From a virus: a DNA stretch of 64,000 nt. The stretch covers positions 7,631-71,630 of the IMG/VR virus record IMGVR_UViG_3300008459_000031. One strand, 5' to 3'. The position numbers and the translations under genes were made by a program. Below are positions 50,673 to 58,651 of this stretch, piece by piece; positions within the stretch are counted from its first letter, which is position 1; each line of letters starts with the position of its first letter. The notes beneath the pieces were generated by a model, which was given only the letters and a program-made list of their open reading frames with translations, made no database searches and had not been told where the DNA came from.

Positions 50673-51476
50673 TTAGTATTGTAAGTCTTTAAGTTTAGCT
50701 CTCATTACATTAACAGCACCAGAATTTTTCTTGTTCTTGAAGTAAACGATTGTGTCTTTAATATCTTCTCCGATTGTCTCATCTTCATGGATATGTTGAT
50801 TACCAATCTTACGAATTACTCCTCTCTCAACCATTTCTTCAATTTCTGCTCTGATTTCTAAATTGTCATCTTTACAGTATTTCAAGAATCTTTCTGCATT
50901 ATCTTCTTTATAGTCGTATAAGCTGTTTTCAAGTTCTAAGTCTGAAAGACGTTCTGGATCTGCATTCATCAATACTCTTACAAGCATCTTCATCTTATCC
51001 TTATTGTCTCCAAGCTTAATAAATTCTTTGTCAGCTTCTTTCTTAACTTGAACTCTAGTGTTCTTCTTAATCAAGTCTTTTTGAGGATCGTAAATGTAGA
51101 ATCTTTTAGATCCATCACTTTTCATCTCCTCTTCTGACATAGCAACTTGTCTATGCTTTTTACACCAGCTGTAATAGATATAATCCATTACATTATACGG
51201 CATCCCATTATCATCTTTGCTAAGATCAAGTTCTACTCCTTCGAAAGGAACTTTTAAACTTAAACTTGCCCAGAAGTCTTTGGTTTTCTCTGGCCACTTT
51301 TCATGTCCAGGTGGTACGTCAATTACTTTAGAGAGTACTTTGTTTTCCTCTTCTCCATCCAATCCTTTGAGTGGAAGACGATTCACAAATAGTGAACCGA
51401 TTTTTACCTTGGCTCCTGCACGGATTTCCTTAGGAAGGTGATTCAACACCTCTTTTCTTCTAATAATTACTTTCAT
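50673..51476 (-). CDS. conserved hypothetical protein downstream of MCP
   Basis: 267-aa ORF in the head operon. Confidence 0.6.
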   Translation of the reverse strand: MKVIIRRKEVLNHLPKEIRAGAKVKIGSLFVNRLPLKGLDGEEENKVLSKVIDVPPGHEKWPEKTKDFWASLSLKVPFEGVELDLSKDDNGMPYNVMDYIYYSWCKKHRQVAMSEEEMKSDGSKRFYIYDPQKDLIKKNTRVQVKKEADKEFIKLGDNKDKMKMLVRVLMNADPERLSDLELENSLYDYKEDNAERFLKYCKDDNLEIRAEIEEMVERGVIRKIGNQHIHEDETIGEDIKDTIVYFKNKKNSGAVNVMRAKLKDLQY

Positions 51477-51530
51477 TTTATTGTTCTTTTTCTTATCCTT
51501 AGGAAGAATAACCTAAGTTTTTTATAGTTT

Positions 51531-51564
51531 AAAAAAGGGAGGCAGGCTTTCCTGCCCCCTTTTT
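51531..51564 (-). terminator. intrinsic terminator after MCP
   Basis: Minus strand GGGGGCAGG-aaag-CCTGCCTCCC-TTTTTT. Confidence 0.85.
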
Positions 51565-51585
51565 ATATGCAAACCAAAAACACAA

Positions 51586-53001
51586 TTACGATGCAACACA
51601 TTGTAAATCCAAACTAGTATCGAAACGACGAAGTAAGATACCAGCAGTCTTTAACATGTGAACAGATGCACCGTCAATATCACTTGCACGAGTGTCGTTT
51701 CCAGTAAATCCTTTTGGAACTACTGAACCAGCAACACACCAACGAAGCATTTCACGGCCTTTCTTGTTGATCATTTGAAGGTTGTTTTCACCATCATAAG
51801 TAGATTGGTCAACAAATACCATACGGTAAGACTCAAGTGGCAATCCAGAAACTGGGTGTTTCTTAGAAGCTTGAGCAACAGGACCGTGATCAAATAAAGG
51901 AGATTTAACTACGTTAACTCTATGTCCATCAACGTGCTCATAAGTAGTGAAGTAACCAGTGATACCTAAGTTACGACCAGAACCTGTGATGAAGGTAGGC
52001 TGAGTAGTTTGTAAGTAAGTGTTTGTAGTATAGTAAGATTTAAGAGCACGGTCAAATTCACGAGCTCCACCTACACCAGTGTACAAAGTAACTTGCTTGT
52101 CAGTAGCGTCAGTCATACCATAGAACAAGTCACCGATAGTTTCTTCAATCTTAGCTTGAGTAAGAGTTGAGTAAGTATCTTTATTGATGATTTGCTCAAG
52201 AAGTCCAGGACCTGAAATAACTGGCTGACCATTCTCATCAAGCATGGTAGAAGTACCATTTGCATCGTGAGTTTTTTGACCGTACCAGTAGTACATTTCA
52301 CACTCTTCTTTGAACTTCAACATGTGACGGTACTCTTCGTAATCCATCCACAATTTAGTTTTGCTACCTTCTTTTAATGGAAGCTCGAATTGAGCAACAT
52401 AATCTTTAGCATTACCAGCAAAGTGATAAGATTTACGGATAGTTCCGATTTTAGAACGAACTAGACCAGGTGCAGTCCAGTTAGAAGCATTACCACGAGA
52501 GAAATCTATTCCCACGTTAGCAAACAACTGACCCCACAAAGCTCCATCAGCTACATCAGCAGCAGGAACTGCAGATACATCTGGAGAAACTAATTTTAAG
52601 GTATATTTCCAACCAGCTCCGTCAGCAATTGGCTCATTCATAATACGAGCTAAAACACCAGACTGAGAAACCAAAGTGTAAGGGAAAATAAACCATTTGT
52701 CTGGGAAGGTAAGAGTGAAAGGTGCTCCACCAGTTCCTACACCAGAGCTTGCGATAACAGGACGAACATTGATTTCGTGAGTTTTAACACGATATTCATA
52801 TTCGTAGCGGTCGATAGATTTAGTGTTACCAACACCTTCTGTTAAGAAAGATAGTGGGAACTTCTTCTCTTCACGACCAGCCAAGTGAGTGATAATAGGA
52901 GATAACTCCTCAGGACGTTCCATAAGAGCATTAACCAACGAGTTTGTGTCGGTCATTTGTGCATCGTTATAGTACGTTTTAAGTACTTGCATTAGTGCCA
53001 T
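51586..53001 (-). CDS. major capsid protein
   Basis: 471 aa; after scaffold and followed by terminator; TDTNSLVNA, GPGLLEQI, LYTGVGG, FTTYEHVDGH motifs like crAss-like MCP. Confidence 0.85.
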   Translation of the reverse strand: MALMQVLKTYYNDAQMTDTNSLVNALMERPEELSPIITHLAGREEKKFPLSFLTEGVGNTKSIDRYEYEYRVKTHEINVRPVIASSGVGTGGAPFTLTFPDKWFIFPYTLVSQSGVLARIMNEPIADGAGWKYTLKLVSPDVSAVPAADVADGALWGQLFANVGIDFSRGNASNWTAPGLVRSKIGTIRKSYHFAGNAKDYVAQFELPLKEGSKTKLWMDYEEYRHMLKFKEECEMYYWYGQKTHDANGTSTMLDENGQPVISGPGLLEQIINKDTYSTLTQAKIEETIGDLFYGMTDATDKQVTLYTGVGGAREFDRALKSYYTTNTYLQTTQPTFITGSGRNLGITGYFTTYEHVDGHRVNVVKSPLFDHGPVAQASKKHPVSGLPLESYRMVFVDQSTYDGENNLQMINKKGREMLRWCVAGSVVPKGFTGNDTRASDIDGASVHMLKTAGILLRRFDTSLDLQCVAS

Positions 53002-53033
53002 GATTCTTTATTTTTTAAAAGTTAAATTGCGTT

Positions 53034-54131
53034 TTATTCAAACAGCTTCTTCATGTCCAGTTGGTCTGGATCAAATGTTTTTATTTTTCTATCGGCTTTA
53101 CCGTAGTTCTTAATTTTTTCTTGGTTAGACTGAATCTTATCTCTTAAACTCTTTGCACTTTCAGTTCTAACTTTAGCAGTAATAATATCTTGTAAGTTTA
53201 GCTTTTTATACATTAAGTAGTCAATTGCTAACTTTACTTCAAGTTCTGCATTAGAATAATCAATGTCTCTTTGAGTCTTACCTGACTTATCTCTTGGTTC
53301 AGATATATAATCAAAGAATTTAGATTTTTCTTTATCTGGGATACGAATTCCTGCAAATTCTTTTCCTGATTCAATAGTAGATGCAATATTTTCCCAGAAC
53401 TCTTCTTGTTGTTTCTGCTGCATAACTTGTTCTTGCTTTTGACGTGCTACAATTTCTTCACGTTCTCTAGCTTGAATACCTGCTAATTGCTTTTGAGCAT
53501 TTACAGCTCTATCATACAACTTTCCAGAGTCTTCGTAATCTTCTACCATATCTCTAATGAACTCTTCGTCGTGTCCTTTAGTTCTTAAGTATTCTACTAC
53601 AAATCCTTGTTGAGTTCTAACATCACTTTTTTCAATTTGGATATTAGCATAATCTAAACTTGGATTATAAGTTTCAAAGAACTTCTCTGGATCACCACCA
53701 GCTAGTACAAAATCTAAATGCTTCTGCACTGTGGGGAACTGTTCGAATAAAGATTGAATCTGATCTTCTGCAATCTCTTTAGCAATATCTTTAGTAAATT
53801 CTATCAAACCTTCTTCAGTGTCTGCATATTCATTTTCTAATTCGTATCCTAAAGCTTTTGCAATTGATGCTGCTACTGAACCTTCTAAGTCTTCATCAGA
53901 TTCTTCTAACTCATCGTCATCGTCATCTTCTAAATTGTTTTCAGATTCTTTATCATCAAAGTCTTCTTGATCATCATCTTGGTCTTCTAGATCATCTTGA
54001 TCTTCTAACTCGTCTTGATTGTCAATGTTTTCATCTTTCAGATCTTTATCTGTAGATGTCTCAATTCCATCACCTATTACGTCGTCGAATGTGATGTCTG
54101 AGAAATTTAGTTTTGTGTCTTGTTTTGCCAT
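53034..54131 (-). CDS. capsid scaffolding-like protein
   Basis: Highly acidic N-terminal region, coiled coil, directly upstream of MCP. Confidence 0.65.
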   Translation of the reverse strand: MAKQDTKLNFSDITFDDVIGDGIETSTDKDLKDENIDNQDELEDQDDLEDQDDDQEDFDDKESENNLEDDDDDELEESDEDLEGSVAASIAKALGYELENEYADTEEGLIEFTKDIAKEIAEDQIQSLFEQFPTVQKHLDFVLAGGDPEKFFETYNPSLDYANIQIEKSDVRTQQGFVVEYLRTKGHDEEFIRDMVEDYEDSGKLYDRAVNAQKQLAGIQAREREEIVARQKQEQVMQQKQQEEFWENIASTIESGKEFAGIRIPDKEKSKFFDYISEPRDKSGKTQRDIDYSNAELEVKLAIDYLMYKKLNLQDIITAKVRTESAKSLRDKIQSNQEKIKNYGKADRKIKTFDPDQLDMKKLFE

Positions 54132-54136
54132 ATATA

Positions 54137-54144
54137 CAAAGGTA
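54137..54144 (-). promoter_or_regulatory. -7 promoter box TACCTTTG
   Basis: TAnnTTTG 5 nt upstream of the ATG at 54131. Confidence 0.6.
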
Positions 54145-54162
54145 TTGGTTTACTTTATACGT

Positions 54163-54191
54163 AAAACTATAAATTTATTTTTTATAGTTTT
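54163..54191. repeat. AT-rich perfect 11-bp inverted repeat
   Basis: AAAACTATAAA-tttattt-TTTATAGTTTT. Confidence 0.7.
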
Positions 54192-54210
54192 GATTAATAT
54201 ATAACACTTG

Positions 54211-55965
54211 CTATTTTTTCACTTTATGTATTTTTTGACAAGTGTAACATTTATCTTTAACTCCACCTAGTTTCTTTTTCTTTTTATTATCTAAGAAACC
54301 AGTTTTAATAGCACCAGTCACTGGTACAGCTTCTTCCATATCTGGGGAATACTTTGTAAGAATTGGGTTTTTACTTTCATAGGGTAGTGCTGGTGGTATA
54401 ATAGTATATTTAGTATTAATATACTGTTTGTAACTATCTTGTCCTATTGTATTAATAACTTTTTGCTTAGCTTCTTCAGATATATTCGGATCAGATAGGA
54501 ATTCATCAAGATATCCTTCAGACACTTTATTAAGATCTTCATAAGATAAAATAGGCTGTTCCCCATACTCAGAAAATTTATAAAAGTTACTTACATTGTT
54601 TACAAATCTATCTTCAAGCCTAGTATAGAAATCTTTACGAACTTTATCAGGATTTACTGTTTTAGCTCTTTCTTTTCTTTCTTCGTCTGTCTCTATATTA
54701 ATAGTCGACCCGAAGAACGGTCCTGGTACGTTTTTCGTAGGATCAGATGATTGTTCTACATACTTATTTCTAAGTATCTCATCATCATCAGATGGTTTAT
54801 AGGATTTTACGTAGTCTTTACTATTAGCAATACCTGAACCAGCATAAGCAAGTTGTGTACTTAAATGCATAGGATTTTTTTGATATCCTGTTTTACCTGC
54901 TTCATAATTAAAGCATCCTGGTTCTTTACATAACCTATTTTGTGCTGGAAAAGATCTATAGTATTGTGCTAAATCTTGACCTTCAAAACCGTCTACTCCT
55001 TCTTCTATTGGCTTTAATAATGGAATGCAATTACCATTAATATCTTTAAAATATCCATCAGGACAACCTGGACCCATTCCTTTAAATCCACCTTCCTTTT
55101 TATTTTCATTAGAATGCTCTGACATATCCTTACCGAGTCCTATAGCATTTAATATCTGCTGCCAAGGGATATATTTATTTACAGGTTTTACACCTTGTTT
55201 TACATACTTAATTTTTCCAAACTTACCTAAAGCAGGAACAGCACCAAACATTTCTAAACCTTCTTCAGGAGTTGGATCTTTTCTTCCAGATTCTTTCCAA
55301 CTTCTATATGCTCTTTTAGCATCATCATGAGATAAAACCCCTGTTGGATCTATAAATTCTAAAACATCTTCGGTTATATCATCTTTACCCCATTGTTTAT
55401 AAAAGTCGGGTACTTGATTCCAATATATTTCTTCTTGCAATGTAGAGTTTCTTATTGGTCTAAAGTTAGGAAGGGATTGAGTAATTCCTAAATTTGGATA
55501 ACTAGTTGTATCAAATCTATTACGTTTAACTTCTACCGGATTTAAAGTATTCATAGGTGGAAGTAGTGGAGGATCTGTCTTGAATCCCCCTTTAGCAAAT
55601 ATGGCTCTCCCCTTGTAAGACCCAGTTTGATTAGGTACTATCCCTACATTAGTTTGTTTAGATGAATCTACTAATTCAGTATTTGCAGGTTGTACGTTTA
55701 ACGGTACATTAGCTTGTACAGATGGGGGACTAGACGGAACCTGAGGTACTTGAGGTTGAAATTGAGGTTGAGCCTGTGGCTGTTGTAAAGTTTGAGCCCC
55801 TACAAAATCTGACATTTGCTGGGCTTGTTGCATTCTTTGTTCTTGTTGATATTCTGCTATTAAATCTTTACCTTGGCTATAAGCTGCAAACACATCTAAG
55901 ATGCTTCCAGGATAACCTGCAGCTCTTGCTTTATATAGTAATTCTTTTCTAGTATTATTATCCAT
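54211..55965 (-). CDS. modular putative virion cargo protein
   Basis: Q/P-rich linker; FAKGG, KKEGG, KKLGG motifs; DPTG..GAVPALGK helical module; CPDGY..GNCIP loop. Confidence 0.55.
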   Translation of the reverse strand: MDNNTRKELLYKARAAGYPGSILDVFAAYSQGKDLIAEYQQEQRMQQAQQMSDFVGAQTLQQPQAQPQFQPQVPQVPSSPPSVQANVPLNVQPANTELVDSSKQTNVGIVPNQTGSYKGRAIFAKGGFKTDPPLLPPMNTLNPVEVKRNRFDTTSYPNLGITQSLPNFRPIRNSTLQEEIYWNQVPDFYKQWGKDDITEDVLEFIDPTGVLSHDDAKRAYRSWKESGRKDPTPEEGLEMFGAVPALGKFGKIKYVKQGVKPVNKYIPWQQILNAIGLGKDMSEHSNENKKEGGFKGMGPGCPDGYFKDINGNCIPLLKPIEEGVDGFEGQDLAQYYRSFPAQNRLCKEPGCFNYEAGKTGYQKNPMHLSTQLAYAGSGIANSKDYVKSYKPSDDDEILRNKYVEQSSDPTKNVPGPFFGSTINIETDEERKERAKTVNPDKVRKDFYTRLEDRFVNNVSNFYKFSEYGEQPILSYEDLNKVSEGYLDEFLSDPNISEEAKQKVINTIGQDSYKQYINTKYTIIPPALPYESKNPILTKYSPDMEEAVPVTGAIKTGFLDNKKKKKLGGVKDKCYTCQKIHKVKK

Positions 55966-55971
55966 ATAAGA

Positions 55972-56379
55972 TTACGATAAAAACTTAAGTTTATATTTAG
56001 CAGAATTTAGACTAGATTTTATAGCATCTAAATCATTTACAATTTCCGTGTATGTAATTGTGTCTTGCAGTTTACTTATTTTATCGTGAAGCTCCTCTAT
56101 ATAACTTATAGCTTCTTTAACTGATTTTAACTTTGGGGCAGATACTTCTGGGTAATCTAAGATTTCCCCAGTTACTCCTTGGTAACCTTCAGCAATTGTA
56201 TCTGCTTGTCCTGGTAAAGATTCATATAATTCATTAAGAGCTTTGTGAGCTGAGTAACTTCCAGGCCCAGTAACTGTTAAATGTAGGATATGAAATTTAT
56301 TAGCTGCATCTAACATCTCTACTACTACAGATCCAACATTTATTTTAGATGCTTTTTGCATCTTATCTATATATTTCAT
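55972..56379 (-). CDS. ferritin/Dps-like four-helix-bundle protein
   Basis: FHILHL..GSYSAHKALNELYE..DTIAEGYQG..KYKL. Confidence 0.75.
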   Translation of the reverse strand: MKYIDKMQKASKINVGSVVVEMLDAANKFHILHLTVTGPGSYSAHKALNELYESLPGQADTIAEGYQGVTGEILDYPEVSAPKLKSVKEAISYIEELHDKISKLQDTITYTEIVNDLDAIKSSLNSAKYKLKFLS

Positions 56380-58577
56380 TGTGCTGATTGTTGAGCTTTA
56401 ATATCTAATTCACGTTGTTTTAGTTCTAGTTGCTGTTGCTTAATTTGAAAATCTTGCATCATCTTTTCAAGAGTAGCACTAGAAGATTTATCAGATGCCT
56501 CTGCTGCAATTAAAGCTTTTTCGATCTCTAATTGACGATCTTTTTCTTTTTCAATAGCCATCTGCTGAATCTGCTGTTTTTGAACTTCAAGTTTTTGCTG
56601 TTCTTGTTCTTGCATAGCAGCGTCTTGAGCTTTCTTCAATTCTTCTTGAGCTTTCTCTGCTTGAACAATTTTATCTTTAATTTGAGATAAACTGTCTGTT
56701 TCAAACATGGCTATAGCTGAAGAAAGAGGCATACCGTTCTGAACGGCTGCTTGAGCTAAGCTTTCTATCTTTTGCTTTTTATCTAAGTCTTTACCAGAGT
56801 CAGATACAAATATACCGTATTCACTCTCCATATGAGTTAATGGCTCAACATCTAGTTGATCAAGAGATCCATCTGGCATTACAAACATAGCTTTCTTTCC
56901 AGTTAACCATGCTTCTTTCGAATAATCCAAAAGACCTTGTAACTCTCTTTGCTCGAAGTGTGAGAATTTACGGAATAAATCTTCAGTAATATGAGAAGAT
57001 TGTACAATGGATTGCTGTGATGTGGCTTTTCCTTCATATGTCCCCATTTGCCCTTGTCTCTGTCTTGTCACACCACTAAGCTTTTCCCATTCAAGCATTA
57101 TAGATTCAAGGAGTGTTAAGTATTGTGAGATTGTCTTAATAGACATATCTAATACTGATTGATGCTGTGGAGATAGTTGAATACCTTCTTTATTGTAGTC
57201 CACCCAAGCAATACCTGTACCTTCTACAAAGTACATAAACTTATCCATGTCCCAGTTTTTAGGGATCATGTTAATATCGAATTGAGCAATGATGTCTTTA
57301 CTTCGAGCTATTGCTAATTCAAGACGGTATTTATAAATATTGTAGTTTAATTGATATGGAATCCCTAAACTTACCAATGATACGTTTTGAGAATTAATAT
57401 CAGAATACTTTCTTCCGTTAATTGGGAGTTTGCAAATAGATGGGTTATCTAAACTATTTCTTTGATTGGCAACTGGTTGCATTTTTATATAATACAAACC
57501 ATCTACTCTTGTTCCTTCCCATGCTTCGTTAACCCATTCCCATTCTAACTTAGCCCCTAACTCTTTCATATCTGCAGTTAGTTTGTAAGTCTCATCTACC
57601 TCCATCATTTCTTCACTTCCAGTGTTTGGGTCAGTATATCGTACAAACCCAATTCTTTTACGTGACTTCCAATATACCGTTACAACTTCAATCAGTCTAT
57701 TCCGATAGATGTTATCATCTGCTCCTGATGCTTCTGATCTGTATAAAAGATATGCTTCAGCTGATGTATGTGTAGGGTTTTCTAAATTTAAGATTTGCTC
57801 ATCTGTTAAGTAATCCCCTAAGTTATCTATAATAGTAGATGCATGTGAGTATTTACGAATAATGGCCCAGTCTGCATCTTCTACAAAGTCAATGTCTGGA
57901 TCTTTATCATAGTCTACATCTAATGGGTTAACTACTTCATAAAATGGTTCGTTACGTCTTACACCTTTATGTGAATAGCATTCTCCTGCTACTAAGAAAT
58001 GAAAGAACTGCTTTTGAAGCTTATCATATATTTCATTAAAGTACATTATGTAGTTAAGAGCTGCTTGTCCTTTTATTGCCCTCCCGTCTACATAAGTTCT
58101 ATTAAATTCTTCTTGAACCTGTTTTGGGAGTGGAACATCTTGCTCTTCTCCTGTAATTGTACCTTGCTTTATTAACTCGTTTACAAATTGAGACTTTAAG
58201 TTAGCTAGTATAAGATTCTTTAATGTCTCTTCTTTTAAACTTACAGAATCAGCATTTTGTACTGTAACTGTATATTCTAATGGACGTTTAGATTTCTCCC
58301 CAAGTAATAAGTCAATGATTGGCTTAATGATAGGATAGTTTCTAAGCTTAGATGGGAAGTTCTTTCTAGTTTTCCCATAAGGTTTTAGTACGTAGTTATA
58401 ATCCTCCTCATCAATAATTCCTTGATAGTAATCGTATAGTGATTTTAAGTAGCTACGACGTTCACTAATACCGAATTTTGATAGGTTAATGAATGCATCT
58501 ACACATTCTTTTTTCCACTTCTCATCCTTCTGATTTAGTGGAATTCTTTGCTTTGGGATATGGGCTTGTCCGTACAT
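56376..58577 (-). CDS. portal protein
   Basis: 733 aa after terminase; NYPIIKPIIDLLLGE, PYQLNYNI, SGVTRQRQG, C-terminal coiled coil. Confidence 0.88.
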   Translation of the reverse strand: MYGQAHIPKQRIPLNQKDEKWKKECVDAFINLSKFGISERRSYLKSLYDYYQGIIDEEDYNYVLKPYGKTRKNFPSKLRNYPIIKPIIDLLLGEKSKRPLEYTVTVQNADSVSLKEETLKNLILANLKSQFVNELIKQGTITGEEQDVPLPKQVQEEFNRTYVDGRAIKGQAALNYIMYFNEIYDKLQKQFFHFLVAGECYSHKGVRRNEPFYEVVNPLDVDYDKDPDIDFVEDADWAIIRKYSHASTIIDNLGDYLTDEQILNLENPTHTSAEAYLLYRSEASGADDNIYRNRLIEVVTVYWKSRKRIGFVRYTDPNTGSEEMMEVDETYKLTADMKELGAKLEWEWVNEAWEGTRVDGLYYIKMQPVANQRNSLDNPSICKLPINGRKYSDINSQNVSLVSLGIPYQLNYNIYKYRLELAIARSKDIIAQFDINMIPKNWDMDKFMYFVEGTGIAWVDYNKEGIQLSPQHQSVLDMSIKTISQYLTLLESIMLEWEKLSGVTRQRQGQMGTYEGKATSQQSIVQSSHITEDLFRKFSHFEQRELQGLLDYSKEAWLTGKKAMFVMPDGSLDQLDVEPLTHMESEYGIFVSDSGKDLDKKQKIESLAQAAVQNGMPLSSAIAMFETDSLSQIKDKIVQAEKAQEELKKAQDAAMQEQEQQKLEVQKQQIQQMAIEKEKDRQLEIEKALIAAEASDKSSSATLEKMMQDFQIKQQQLELKQRELDIKAQQSAQ

Positions 58578-58582
58578 TATTA

Positions 58583-58590
58583 CAAAATTA
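58583..58590 (-). promoter_or_regulatory. -7 promoter box TAATTTTG
   Basis: TAnnTTTG 5 nt upstream of the portal ATG at 58577. Confidence 0.6.
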
Positions 58591-58651
58591 GCTTCCTTTT
58601 AGGGAATGTTTTTAAAAATAAGGTTTTTATATTAATGTTTATTATATAGCA

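Noticed and set aside
53880-54030. Quasi-repeats (tcatcttga/tcttc) in the scaffold gene
   Set aside because: Explained by low-complexity Asp/Glu/Gln coding (QDELEDQDDLEDQDDDQED); not an independent repeat element.
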